In this document: piece after piece, positions 1 through 8,186 of the stretch
Layout: each line of letters begins with the position of its first letter
Numbering within the stretch: position 1 is the first letter of the stretch
From: a virus
IMG/VR virus record: IMGVR_UViG_3300022407_006288
Location: 66,873 to 130,872 of that record
Length of the DNA: 64,000 bases
Reading direction: 5' to 3' (one strand)
Notes under the pieces: generated by a model
The model's database searches: none
What the model saw: the letters and a program-made list of their open reading frames with translations, nothing else
Told to the model about the DNA's origin: nothing
Made by a program: the position numbers and the translations under genes

Positions 1-1482
1 ACTACCACCCGAAGTTAACGCAGTAGCCGCATTTGCCCCTCTTATAAACATGCCCACCAGGTTGGGTGTGCTATTGGTACCATCACACAACGCCCAACCT
101 GTGGGAATGGTAGCAGCAGTACCATTCCACATGATGATTGCACCGTAAGGTAAAACGTTATGAACAAATGCAGTGGTGGCCAGTGCAGTGCTCTTAGTGT
201 TTGCTGCCATTGTGGCGCCGGTGTTGGCGCTGCCGTCAATACTAACTCCTGTTAAGGTCTGAGATGCACTTACACGAGTCAAAGAAATATCTGTAGTGCC
301 AATATATAGACTGGAGTTACCTAAAACTGTTCTTGGTATTGTGCCTATTAAATTTTCTGCCGGTAAAATTGCATATGCCGGCGCCCAGGTCAATGTTCCT
401 GACCCGTTAGTGGTAAGAACATTCCCGTTTGCACCACCAGTTGCCGGGAATGTATAAGTTTGTGCGTTAAGTGTTACAGCACCAGACACTTTAAAAGTAC
501 CAGTAACATCCAGTGTATTGGTTGCAGTACCACCAATACCAACATTACCGCTAGCATCAATACGCATACGTTGTGTATTATTTGTACCAAATACCAAAGG
601 AAATGCTCCGGGTGTAAACACCGCACCAGCACCACCAGCATCAAACAACACACCACTATTTAATGATAATATAGAACTACCGTTATTGCTAATATTAGCA
701 TATGCGTTTCCAGATCCGGATGTGTTTACAATATCTAAATTGGCCTGCGGTGTAGAAGTCCCAATACCAACTTGTCCGTTACTTTTAATTGTTAATCTTG
801 GTATATTTGTTAAAGCAGAATCTTTAGTTCCAGATACGGAATTAGAAAATTGCCAATCGCCGGTTGTTTTATCAAACCCCAGCTGCCCGGCAAATCCGGT
901 TGATGAATATTTATTGGCACCATCGTTATATCTATTTGCCCATAGCAGTATTTGGTTAACATTACCAGTATACCAATTTACCTGATTTGCTTGAGTACTT
1001 GACCCAATAGCAACTCCGGGCCCATATATTTCAAACTCAGCGCTTGTAGGTGGCAAATCAATCCACTGATTACTATCCCAATAACTTATTTTTTCTTTAG
1101 TTGAGTCATAATATGTTTGACCATCTGCGGGTGCAGTTGGTGCAGTTGCCCTTGGTTCAAAAGTAACACTGCCAAAGGCCACATCCATCCCAACACCAGA
1201 ACCCGCTACCTTAACCCATGTGGGGCTTCCCTTAACATCACTTGTGTTATAATTTAAAAAATTATTATTGGTACCAGGCTGAAACCATATTTGGCCCTTG
1301 ATGGTATTAGCAGGACTAGTTGTGCTTGATGCAAAATTTTCTAACAAATCTACTAAATCCTGATCAACTGGTGATCCATATCCGGAGTAATGTCTTCCCG
1401 GAAGTGACAGACTAGTTTCGGTATTTAGGCTATTATCGAGAACTATAATAGAACCACCGGAATAGTTAATTGTGTATGACAT
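1..1482 (-). CDS. Tail fibre / tail-collar domain protein (runs off window start, >494 aa)
   Basis: Missing from ORF track because truncated. ATG at 1482 with GGAG RBS and a minus-strand GATAAATA upstream. Begins MSYTINYSGGSIIVLDNSLNTETSLSLPGRHYSGYG; contains GNVGIGT fibre repeats and collar motif GAIIMWNG..IPTGWALCDGTNSTPNLVGMFIRG; frame checked at both ends. Confidence 0.85.
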   Translation of the reverse strand, partial: MSYTINYSGGSIIVLDNSLNTETSLSLPGRHYSGYGSPVDQDLVDLLENFASSTTSPANTIKGQIWFQPGTNNNFLNYNTSDVKGSPTWVKVAGSGVGMDVAFGSVTFEPRATAPTAPADGQTYYDSTKEKISYWDSNQWIDLPPTSAEFEIYGPGVAIGSSTQANQVNWYTGNVNQILLWANRYNDGANKYSSTGFAGQLGFDKTTGDWQFSNSVSGTKDSALTNIPRLTIKSNGQVGIGTSTPQANLDIVNTSGSGNAYANISNNGSSILSLNSGVLFDAGGAGAVFTPGAFPLVFGTNNTQRMRIDASGNVGIGGTATNTLDVTGTFKVSGAVTLNAQTYTFPATGGANGNVLTTNGSGTLTWAPAYAILPAENLIGTIPRTVLGNSSLYIGTTDISLTRVSASQTLTGVSIDGSANTGATMAANTKSTALATTAFVHNVLPYGAIIMWNGTAATIPTGWALCDGTNSTPNLVGMFIRGANAATALTSGGS

Positions 1483-1578
1483 AGCAAGTTTTCTCCATTT
1501 TGCTTATTTATCATTTAGTACAAGGATAATAATTTATTAATGTTTGTAGATAAATACTTTTTTAATCAAGGATACGTT

Positions 1579-1968
1579 ATGAGATTAGATGAAATTATTA
1601 ATGAAGCCGGCGAGGTTATTGATCGGCCGCCAGTAAAACAGCAAGAAGAAGTTCCACTTTATGTGCCAGGTGGTGCAACTGTTATGATTTTAAATGATGA
1701 TGTAACTCCTGCCGAAGTTGTTGTTGCAGCCGTAATGTACGGAACAGGACTCAGCGCCGGTGAAGCTGTTCGCAGAATGGAACAGGCACATCAAGGTGGA
1801 TGGGCAGCAGTTGCCAGTTATGCCAATCGCGATGTTGCTGAAACAGTTGCATCAAAAATTGAAAATCATGCACGCAATAATACCAACTATGATCACTATA
1901 GACGTTTTGTAAATTTTCATGGACCTTGGCCGCTAGCAGCAGAAGTTATGGATGCAGATCAAACATAA
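1579..1968 (+). CDS. clpS: ClpS-like N-degron adaptor
   Basis: VMILNDDVTP motif, conserved His (QAHQGG) and PLxxxME end; ATG 1579 with AAGGA RBS; late promoter 1549-1556. Confidence 0.9.
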   Translation: MRLDEIINEAGEVIDRPPVKQQEEVPLYVPGGATVMILNDDVTPAEVVVAAVMYGTGLSAGEAVRRMEQAHQGGWAAVASYANRDVAETVASKIENHARNNTNYDHYRRFVNFHGPWPLAAEVMDADQT

Positions 1969-1977
1969 AATCCATAA

Positions 1978-2005
1978 TTGACAAAGACAACAGTTACTGT
2001 ATACT
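1978..2005 (+). promoter_or_regulatory. sigma70-type promoter upstream of tRNA-Ser
   Basis: TTGACA-16 bp-TATACT. Confidence 0.7.
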
Positions 2006-2013
2006 AGCAGAAC

Positions 2014-2101
2014 GGAGCAATGCGTGAAGGGTTAAACGAACAGATTGCTAATCTGTGACTGCGCAAGCGGTCTGTAGGTTCGAGTCCTACTTGCTCCGCC
2101 A
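2014..2101 (+). tRNA. tRNA-Ser(GCT)
   Basis: Acceptor GGAGCAA/TTGCTCC, anticodon arm ACAGA-TTGCTAA-TCTGT, long variable arm, TTCGAGT T-loop, CCA encoded. Confidence 0.95.
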
Positions 2102-2119
2102 ACCATTTATACTTAATAT

Positions 2120-2389
2120 ATGCAACAGAATAACGATTCATTAAAAGCACACATTACCAATATTCAAAATCACCTTGAGTATGCACTTGATGTTGCAAAG
2201 CGAATGCAGGATGAAGTGCAAACTAGCGAAGGGGATAGCGAATTATTTCGTAAAATTTCTTATTATTTAGCCCCAAATCTCAATCACTGGATCAATGGTG
2301 CACAATCGGGTAGCATCAAGGATCTTGAGTCTCTACTTAAAAGTAGAGACAACCCGACGCCTGATAAAAAGAAAAGCAAAGATAAATAA
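2120..2389 (+). CDS. Hypothetical protein
   Basis: 89-aa ORF in tight operon. Confidence 0.75.
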   Translation: MQQNNDSLKAHITNIQNHLEYALDVAKRMQDEVQTSEGDSELFRKISYYLAPNLNHWINGAQSGSIKDLESLLKSRDNPTPDKKKSKDK

Positions 2390-2409
2390 CCATATAAACA
2401 AGGCATTTT

Positions 2410-2817
2410 ATGCAATTCTTAGCATTTTTAATAAAGTATAAAAATTTTGCAATTACAGGCATTGTGCTATTGTGCACATGCTTGTGCTTTTTGTATGTAA
2501 ATCACCTTTATACACAAAATAAAACACTATCGGCAGAAAATACCGTACTAACACTAAAGTTAGAAACATCAAATGCATCAGTGCAGGTATTACAAACTGC
2601 CATCGACGAGCAAAATACTGCAATAGATAAATTTAAATCAGCAGCAGATGATAGAGTAGCAGCCCATGCAGCCGAAATTGCAGCAGCACATGCAACAGCA
2701 GAAACATATAAGAAAAAAGCATCAGTTATTATGCGCAGTTTGCCCAGTGATGCAAATAAGTGCAAGGCTGCTAATGATTTGATCAATCAGGAGATTTTGA
2801 AAAATGTTAAAAAGTAG
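2410..2817 (+). CDS. Inner-membrane spanin (Rz-like)
   Basis: N-terminal TM segment followed by Ala-rich coiled coil; overlaps downstream lipoprotein gene. Confidence 0.8.
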   Translation: MQFLAFLIKYKNFAITGIVLLCTCLCFLYVNHLYTQNKTLSAENTVLTLKLETSNASVQVLQTAIDEQNTAIDKFKSAADDRVAAHAAEIAAAHATAETYKKKASVIMRSLPSDANKCKAANDLINQEILKNVKK

Positions 2818-3076
2818 TTTTTCTCTCGTGCTTGTATTAGTATTATCGGCCTGCGCAACTCCCGCACCGGGAATTAAAGTTGTTGTACAAAAAGTAGAAG
2901 TGCCCATTGCAACACCGTGCAAAGCAGCCGTACCCGGCCTACCTAAGTATAATTTTGATTCATTAACAGTGGATGATGATATTTTTATTAAAAATAAAGC
3001 ATTGCTTGCAGACAGATTATTGCATTTGGGGTATGAAAATGAACTTTTGGTTGCTTTAATTTCCTGTATTGAGTGA
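2804..3076 (+). CDS. Outer-membrane spanin lipoprotein (Rz1-like)
   Basis: Lipobox LVLVLVLSA-C followed by Pro-rich segment (VEVPIATPCKAAVPGLP). Confidence 0.8.
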   Translation: MLKSSFSLVLVLVLSACATPAPGIKVVVQKVEVPIATPCKAAVPGLPKYNFDSLTVDDDIFIKNKALLADRLLHLGYENELLVALISCIE

Positions 3077-3254
3077 ATTAGTTTCACAAACATCAAATAT
3101 GAATAAACATTTGCAAGAAAACAACCAAACATATATTGAACATTTGGTATTTTCGTGGAAAATAGCACTAGCATTAATTGTTCACGGATTAATGCCTTGG
3201 TCATTGACCACATATGCCTCAGATAAATTATGCAACAAAACTGATACAGAGTAA
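3069..3254 (+). CDS. Small conserved protein (DUF6356-like)
   Basis: HLxENxxTYxEH...ALIVHGLxPW pattern; TTG start. Confidence 0.55.
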   Translation: MSELVSQTSNMNKHLQENNQTYIEHLVFSWKIALALIVHGLMPWSLTTYASDKLCNKTDTE

Positions 3255-3266
3255 AAGGAGATACAC

Positions 3267-3497
3267 ATGCTTCACGAATCAATTGCACACACTAGAAAAG
3301 AAGTCACAATCAAGGAAAGTCAAAGTTTTAGACTAAGAATGGTAAAGCACGAAGTTGTCAGTCCTAAAGGACTGTTCAATGTTGATATAATTCAGGAAGA
3401 ATTAAAGCAAGACGGCACAATTATTCAGTCCAATACATACAATTTCTTTATGACTGCGCAAGAATTGCAAACATTGTCAACTGGTCTAACAGTATAA
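3267..3497 (+). CDS. Hypothetical protein
   Basis: AAGGAG RBS, 76 aa. Confidence 0.75.
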   Translation: MLHESIAHTRKEVTIKESQSFRLRMVKHEVVSPKGLFNVDIIQEELKQDGTIIQSNTYNFFMTAQELQTLSTGLTV

Positions 3498-3530
3498 ATC
3501 AAGTTTCTTAAAATTTTTATATAATAATCA

Positions 3531-4028
3531 ATGAATTCTGAGCGCGACGAAAAATCCAACCTGGCCAAAGGCCAAAATAGTTACGATGCCAATATTGATG
3601 GCGCTATGGTAGAATTCTTTAACAAAAATGTCAGCCCTTACCCCACCGATATAGGCAGTCCTGCATTTGATTTAGTACCTGTTACTAAACAAAAAGACAT
3701 TATGTTAAATGTTGCTAGACTGTATGCACAGCAAGAGTACACTAGAATAATGGACATGGTGCGTGTTTTAGAAAAACAAGCTCTTCAAATTAAGCGACGT
3801 TTATCTATCACAGATCAAGTACACGCTGCCGAGTACCAGTTTCAGGTATACCACGGTCAAATATATTGGTTGGTATTTGATTCTAGAAAAAATATTACTA
3901 GACTGGTACGTACTGGGCCAACTGCTTGGTTTTGTGGAAAACCCGAAGAGTACGAGTACATAGCACAGGTTAAATGGCTAGGTGACTACACTTGGATTGA
4001 ACTTGACAATGACGGAAATCCAGTATAA
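3531..4028 (+). CDS. DUF2452-like protein
   Basis: SPYPTDIGSPAF...coiled coil...YQFQVYHGQIYWL pattern. Confidence 0.65.
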   Translation: MNSERDEKSNLAKGQNSYDANIDGAMVEFFNKNVSPYPTDIGSPAFDLVPVTKQKDIMLNVARLYAQQEYTRIMDMVRVLEKQALQIKRRLSITDQVHAAEYQFQVYHGQIYWLVFDSRKNITRLVRTGPTAWFCGKPEEYEYIAQVKWLGDYTWIELDNDGNPV

Positions 4029-4058
4029 ACTGTATAAATACTTGAATAGGATAATATC

Positions 4059-4157
4059 ATAGCAATAAAAGGACCAAAATTAACCAAGACACGAGCCAAA
4101 AAAGTTAAAACTATGGCAACACGTGCCGCAAAGAAATCTCTTCGTATGAAGAAGTAA
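4059..4157 (+). CDS. Small Lys/Arg-rich peptide, putative ATA start (32 aa)
   Basis: TATAAATA (4033-4040), AGGA RBS, then ATA GCA ATA AAA...: (M)AIKGPKLTKTRAKKVKTMATRAAKKSLRMKK*. Confidence 0.55.
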   Translation: MAIKGPKLTKTRAKKVKTMATRAAKKSLRMKK

Positions 4158-4530
4158 GGAATTGTTGTAATTCCGGCAAAACAAAGGCGGGCAAGACGGC
4201 GGTTCGATTCCGCCCAGCTCCACCAAAAGCATATTGTAGAAACACACGAGCAGGTTTCACACTACCGCTGGTTACGTATAGAATCGTAAGTGGGTGTAGG
4301 CAGTATGCTTTTGATGGGGCTGACCAGGTTTTCGATTGCGCGAGATAGTGGAGCAGGCAACACAGTAGGCGATGACTGTCAATCAAGCAAAACTCGTAAA
4401 TGCAAACGCAAATACAACCGAGTCTCGCGTCGTGTTAGATCTTTCAGCTTTGGAAGACTCTGATATGATGATCGCTGCTTAAGAACCAGCAACTCTGAGG
4501 TTTGATCTAACCTTATAACCAAACTAGATC
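4158..4530 (+). ncRNA. ssrA: Circularly permuted two-piece tmRNA
   Basis: Acceptor piece first (T-arm GGCGG-TTCGATT-CCGCC, CAGCTCC-ACCA ending 4225), then a 90-nt intervening segment. Coding piece starts GGGGCTG at 4316 (G3:U70 Ala determinant); resume context TAAAT-GCA at 4402; tag ORF ends ...MMIAA-TAA at 4482. Outer boundaries approximate. Confidence 0.92.
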
Positions 4531-4532
4531 AA

Positions 4533-4556
4533 GCAGGAGCTTCGGCTCCTGCTTTT
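4533..4556 (+). terminator. Intrinsic terminator after tmRNA
   Basis: GCAGGAGC-TTCG-GCTCCTGC followed by TTTT. Confidence 0.85.
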
Positions 4557-4588
4557 ATGATAAATACAAAATAATAACGGGGGTAGGA

Positions 4589-4747
4589 ATGAAACAACGT
4601 AAATTAATTGCAAAAGTTTATCAGGCCTGTATTGAACACAACGATCACAAACTTGCAGAGCTACAGCGCAAAGAATTTGAAAAGATTTTTAAGCGTAAAG
4701 TCGAGGGCAAGCCATTTACTACCCGATGGATGATGATTAATTTGTAA
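4589..4747 (+). CDS. Small hypothetical protein (52 aa)
   Basis: GATAAATA at 4559, ATG 4589: MKQRKLIAKVYQACIEHNDHKL...; below ORF-track cutoff. Confidence 0.65.
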   Translation: MKQRKLIAKVYQACIEHNDHKLAELQRKEFEKIFKRKVEGKPFTTRWMMINL

Positions 4748-4849
4748 AATTTATCATGCTTGGCTAGTTGACAAATTGTAAAAACTTTATTAAACTAGTA
4801 TAGATAGGTAAATAAGTACCTAATCTTTTATAACTAATAAGGAAATATT

Positions 4850-5293
4850 ATGAAGAAACTAGCAATTATTGCTGCTCTAATGGCGGTTACCGGAGTTGCA
4901 TCAGCAACTGATCTAGGCGTTCGTGGCGGTCGTAACTTTGGAAGCGACACCAACAACTTTGGCGTTATTCTTGGCCAACAATTTGGTAAGTTTGGCGCCG
5001 AGCTTGCATTTGATCGTGGTACTTCCCCTGTTTCGGGTAACCGTTACAGTCTCGTTGGTTCATATGATGTTGTCAAGTATCGCAACGTGACATTTACTGT
5101 TAAGGCAGGTGCTGCAATTGTTGAGCCATCAGACACAGAAAGCAGCTATGCAGGCATTGTGGGTGTTGGTATTTCTTATCCAATATACAAGAATGTCAGC
5201 CTTGTTGCTGACTACTCATACCAACATGGTCAGAATCGCGTAAGTCAATTTGACGGCAATGCACTGACTGCAGGTATCAAGTATTCATTCTAA
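4850..5293 (+). CDS. Outer-membrane beta-barrel protein (Ail/Lom/OmpA-barrel-like)
   Basis: Signal peptide MKKLAIIAALMAVTGVASA, alternating beta strands, C-terminal GIKYSF BAM signal. Confidence 0.9.
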   Translation: MKKLAIIAALMAVTGVASATDLGVRGGRNFGSDTNNFGVILGQQFGKFGAELAFDRGTSPVSGNRYSLVGSYDVVKYRNVTFTVKAGAAIVEPSDTESSYAGIVGVGISYPIYKNVSLVADYSYQHGQNRVSQFDGNALTAGIKYSF

Positions 5294-5349
5294 AAAGTAG
5301 ATAAACATAAAAGGGGTACATGCCCCTTTTATTTTGCATGGAGCATTAC

Positions 5350-5535
5350 ATGACAGATAAATGGACTGTGTTGACCGAAGAAGATCCCGAAACGGGTGAT
5401 GTTATCTTGCCTTTTCCCGATGACATGATGGAACAACTGGGTTGGCTAGAAGGCGATGTACTGGACTTCGACATCAAGGATGACTGTGTCACAGTAATTA
5501 ACATTAGCCACAACAAAAGAACAAATAACTTGTAA
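5350..5535 (+). CDS. AbrB/MazE-like DNA-binding protein
   Basis: GDVILPFPDDMMEQLGWLEGDVLDF swapped-hairpin motif; ATG 5350 with GGAG. Confidence 0.7.
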   Translation: MTDKWTVLTEEDPETGDVILPFPDDMMEQLGWLEGDVLDFDIKDDCVTVINISHNKRTNNL

Positions 5536-5581
5536 ATTTATGAAAATTTACAAGTTATTATAACAACAAGACAAGTAATCA

Positions 5582-6286
5582 ATGCTAACAGCACTATATA
5601 TCCTTTTAATGACGCACGTAACAATTGTGTGTGTAACACTCTTTTTACATAGAGGACAAGCTCATCGAGGGATAGTATTTCACCCTGTTCTTTCTCACTT
5701 TATGAGATTTTGGTTGTGGCTTACAACAGGTATGGTTACTAAACAATGGGTTGCAATTCATAGAAAACATCATCAAAAAACCGATGTCAAAGGTGACCCG
5801 CATAGTCCGCACATATTTGGCATATGGACAGTACTTTTTAAAGGTGCTTTTTTGTACACATCGGCCGCCAAAGATGCAAACTTAATTAAACAGTACGGTG
5901 CCGGTACGCCCGATGACTGGATTGAACGCAAGATATATACTCCTTATAATTTTGCCGGTATCATACTCATGCTGACTATAGATCTATTGCTATTTGGCGC
6001 ATTTGGACTCGCAGTCTGGGCGATACAAATGATTTGGATACCGTTTTGGGCAGCTGGCGTTGTGAACGGTGTAGGGCATTGGGCCGGATATCGTAATAGT
6101 GAAACAAAAGATCGTAGCACAAATATAGTGCCGTGGGGTATCCTAATTGGCGGAGAAGAGCTTCACAATAATCACCACGACATGCCATCAAGGGTCAAGT
6201 TGAGTGTAAAGTGGTTTGAGTTTGATTTGGGTTGGGCATGGTTTAAACTTTTTAATTTCACAAAATTAGCCAGCCTAACAAAATAA
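5582..6286 (+). CDS. desA: Membrane-bound fatty acid (delta-9) desaturase
   Basis: Three His boxes HRGQAH, HRKHH, HNNHH; GEELHNNHH motif; TM segments. Confidence 0.92.
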   Translation: MLTALYILLMTHVTIVCVTLFLHRGQAHRGIVFHPVLSHFMRFWLWLTTGMVTKQWVAIHRKHHQKTDVKGDPHSPHIFGIWTVLFKGAFLYTSAAKDANLIKQYGAGTPDDWIERKIYTPYNFAGIILMLTIDLLLFGAFGLAVWAIQMIWIPFWAAGVVNGVGHWAGYRNSETKDRSTNIVPWGILIGGEELHNNHHDMPSRVKLSVKWFEFDLGWAWFKLFNFTKLASLTK

Positions 6287-6319
6287 CATAAATATTTAAA
6301 ACATAAACAGGGGAACATA

Positions 6320-7111
6320 ATGGATCTTTCAGTTAAAATTGAAGAACTTCAAAAGAAAAGCATATTCATAGCAACACCCATGTATGGTGGTATGAATCAC
6401 GGATCATATATGCGTGCATGCCTTGATCTACAACAAGTGTGTATGCAGCACGGGATTAAGATTAAGTTTTCTTTTCTCTTTAACGAGTCCTTGATTACTC
6501 GTGCTAGAAATTATCTAGTTGACGACTTTTTAAAGTCAGATTTTACACACATGCTGTTTTTAGATTCCGATATTAGTTTTAACGCAATGGATGTGCTTAC
6601 ACTATTGGCTTTAGATTACGATATCGTGGGTGGCCCATATCCCAAGAAAGCAATCAAGTGGGGTGCTGTAAAACTTGCTGTTGAAAAAAATCCAGATGTT
6701 GATCCACAACTACTAGAAACAGTTGCCGGCGATTATGTTTTTAACATGGTAGAAAATACCAAACAGTTTCAAGTTGGTGAACCACTTGAAGTTAGAGAAA
6801 TTGGTACCGGATACATGATGATCAAACGAGATGTATTTGATCGGTTTAGAGAAGCATATCCCAATACAAGATATAAGCCCGATCATGCACTTTACAACAA
6901 AGACGGCAATACATATATTCATGCATATTTTGATACCATTATTGATCCGGAAACTGAAAGATACTTGTCAGAAGATTATATGTTTTGTCAAAGCTGGAGA
7001 AAAATTGGCGGCAAGATTTATCTGTGTCCGTGGATGCAAACAGAGCACGTGGGTACATATGCATTCAAGGGTGATATGTCATCTACAGCAAAGTTGGTTG
7101 GCACACTATAA
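6320..7111 (+). CDS. GT-A fold glycosyltransferase-like protein
   Basis: IATPMYGG, SLITRARN, FLDSD (DxD), IGTGYMMIKR, LSEDYMFC motifs. Confidence 0.7.
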   Translation: MDLSVKIEELQKKSIFIATPMYGGMNHGSYMRACLDLQQVCMQHGIKIKFSFLFNESLITRARNYLVDDFLKSDFTHMLFLDSDISFNAMDVLTLLALDYDIVGGPYPKKAIKWGAVKLAVEKNPDVDPQLLETVAGDYVFNMVENTKQFQVGEPLEVREIGTGYMMIKRDVFDRFREAYPNTRYKPDHALYNKDGNTYIHAYFDTIIDPETERYLSEDYMFCQSWRKIGGKIYLCPWMQTEHVGTYAFKGDMSSTAKLVGTL

Positions 7112-7125
7112 ATACGAATACAAAT

Positions 7126-7202
7126 GCGGGAGTGGCGAAATTGGTAAACGCAGCGGTCTTAGAAGCCGTAAGCTGAGAGTTCGAGTCTCTCCTTCCGCAC
7201 CA
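7126..7202 (+). tRNA. tRNA-Leu(TAG), short variable loop
   Basis: GCGGGAG/CTTCCGC acceptor, GCGGT-CTTAGAA-GCCGT anticodon arm, 5-nt variable loop, CCA; 77 nt. Confidence 0.9.
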
Positions 7203-7233
7203 TAAAACAAATAAATTTTTATAAAGAGTAAAT

Positions 7234-7770
7234 ATGTCCCATCCACAACAGTTAGCTTTTATTCGATCAGTAAAAGATCAATTTCCCAGTAATTTTACTG
7301 ATGTAAAGGTATTAGAAGTGGGCAGTTTAGATATTAATGGTTCAATTAGGCAGTTTTTTAATAATTGTGATTATTTGGGCATTGATGTTGGTGCAGGCCG
7401 ACATGTTGATGTGGTTTGTGCAGGACAAGATCTAGATCATGCCGATGCCACATATGATACTGTGGCATCCTGTGAGTGTTTTGAGCATAATCCCGAGTGG
7501 CTTAAAACATTCAGCAACATGCATCGGCTTGCTAAACCAGGGGGCCTTGTTTTTGTAACATGTGCTACCACAGGCCGCCCGGAACACGGCACAACTAAGA
7601 CATCTCCAAACGACAGTCCATTGACAATTGGTATAGGATGGGATTATTATAAGAACCTAACAGAGCATGATTTTAAAACCGCGTTTGAGTTAGATGAAAT
7701 GTTCAGTTTGTGGAATATAAGAACAGATATGTCACATCGTGATCTATACTTTTATGGAGTGAAACGATAA
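7234..7770 (+). CDS. Class I SAM-dependent methyltransferase
   Basis: VLEVGSLDING motif I; CECFEHNP. Confidence 0.88.
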   Translation: MSHPQQLAFIRSVKDQFPSNFTDVKVLEVGSLDINGSIRQFFNNCDYLGIDVGAGRHVDVVCAGQDLDHADATYDTVASCECFEHNPEWLKTFSNMHRLAKPGGLVFVTCATTGRPEHGTTKTSPNDSPLTIGIGWDYYKNLTEHDFKTAFELDEMFSLWNIRTDMSHRDLYFYGVKR

Positions 7771-7785
7771 TATTTTAAAGTTTCT

Positions 7786-8042
7786 TGAATGACAGCTTAC
7801 GGCGGCTACCGATACCAAGAGCATATTGTAATACCTTCTACCCAAAATAATATCGGTTATCGACCGAGGTAGATATTGCATAGTGAATAATTTGTCTTTT
7901 TCTTGTCTGTACAAAAGAATAAACAATTAGAATGAGGGAATAATTGGCCCTTAATTAACGGGTAGAATTTATGCGTACATCATAAAGTCCTAAGATGCCT
8001 GTTAAATTATCAGTTTGGTGAAAAAGCGGTTTAAGTCATTCA
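7786..8042. ncRNA. Candidate structured non-coding RNA
   Basis: No credible ORF; ends pair (TGAATGAC/GTCATTCA); several internal 5-7 bp complementary pairs. Confidence 0.35.
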
Positions 8043-8058
8043 TTTTTATTTGATAGAC

Positions 8059-8134
8059 GCCTGGGTGCGTAGAGAGGTCATACGTCTCCTTTACACGGAG
8101 AGCGATACTGGTTCGAGTCCAGTCCCAGGTACCA
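8059..8134 (+). tRNA. tRNA-Val(TAC)
   Basis: TCTCC-TTTACAC-GGAGA anticodon arm, T-loop TTCGAGT, CCA. Confidence 0.93.
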
Positions 8135-8186
8135 GTTTTAATCATGTAGAGATATTATTAGATAAATATAGTTTTAAATATATATG

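Noticed and set aside
42-985. Track ORFs 42-239, 460-663, 474-656, 518-985
   Set aside because: They are shadows of the long minus-strand tail-fibre gene (1-1482), which the track missed because it is truncated.
4111-4386. 91-aa minus-strand ORF
   Set aside because: It is antisense to the tmRNA, has no RBS and has an implausible sequence.
7786-8042. RNase P RNA or group I intron identity (AAAGTCC, GGTGAAA..GCGGT..AAG, GCTTA motifs)
   Set aside because: The P4 partner is not complementary, motif order and spacing do not fit, and no P7 pairing was found.
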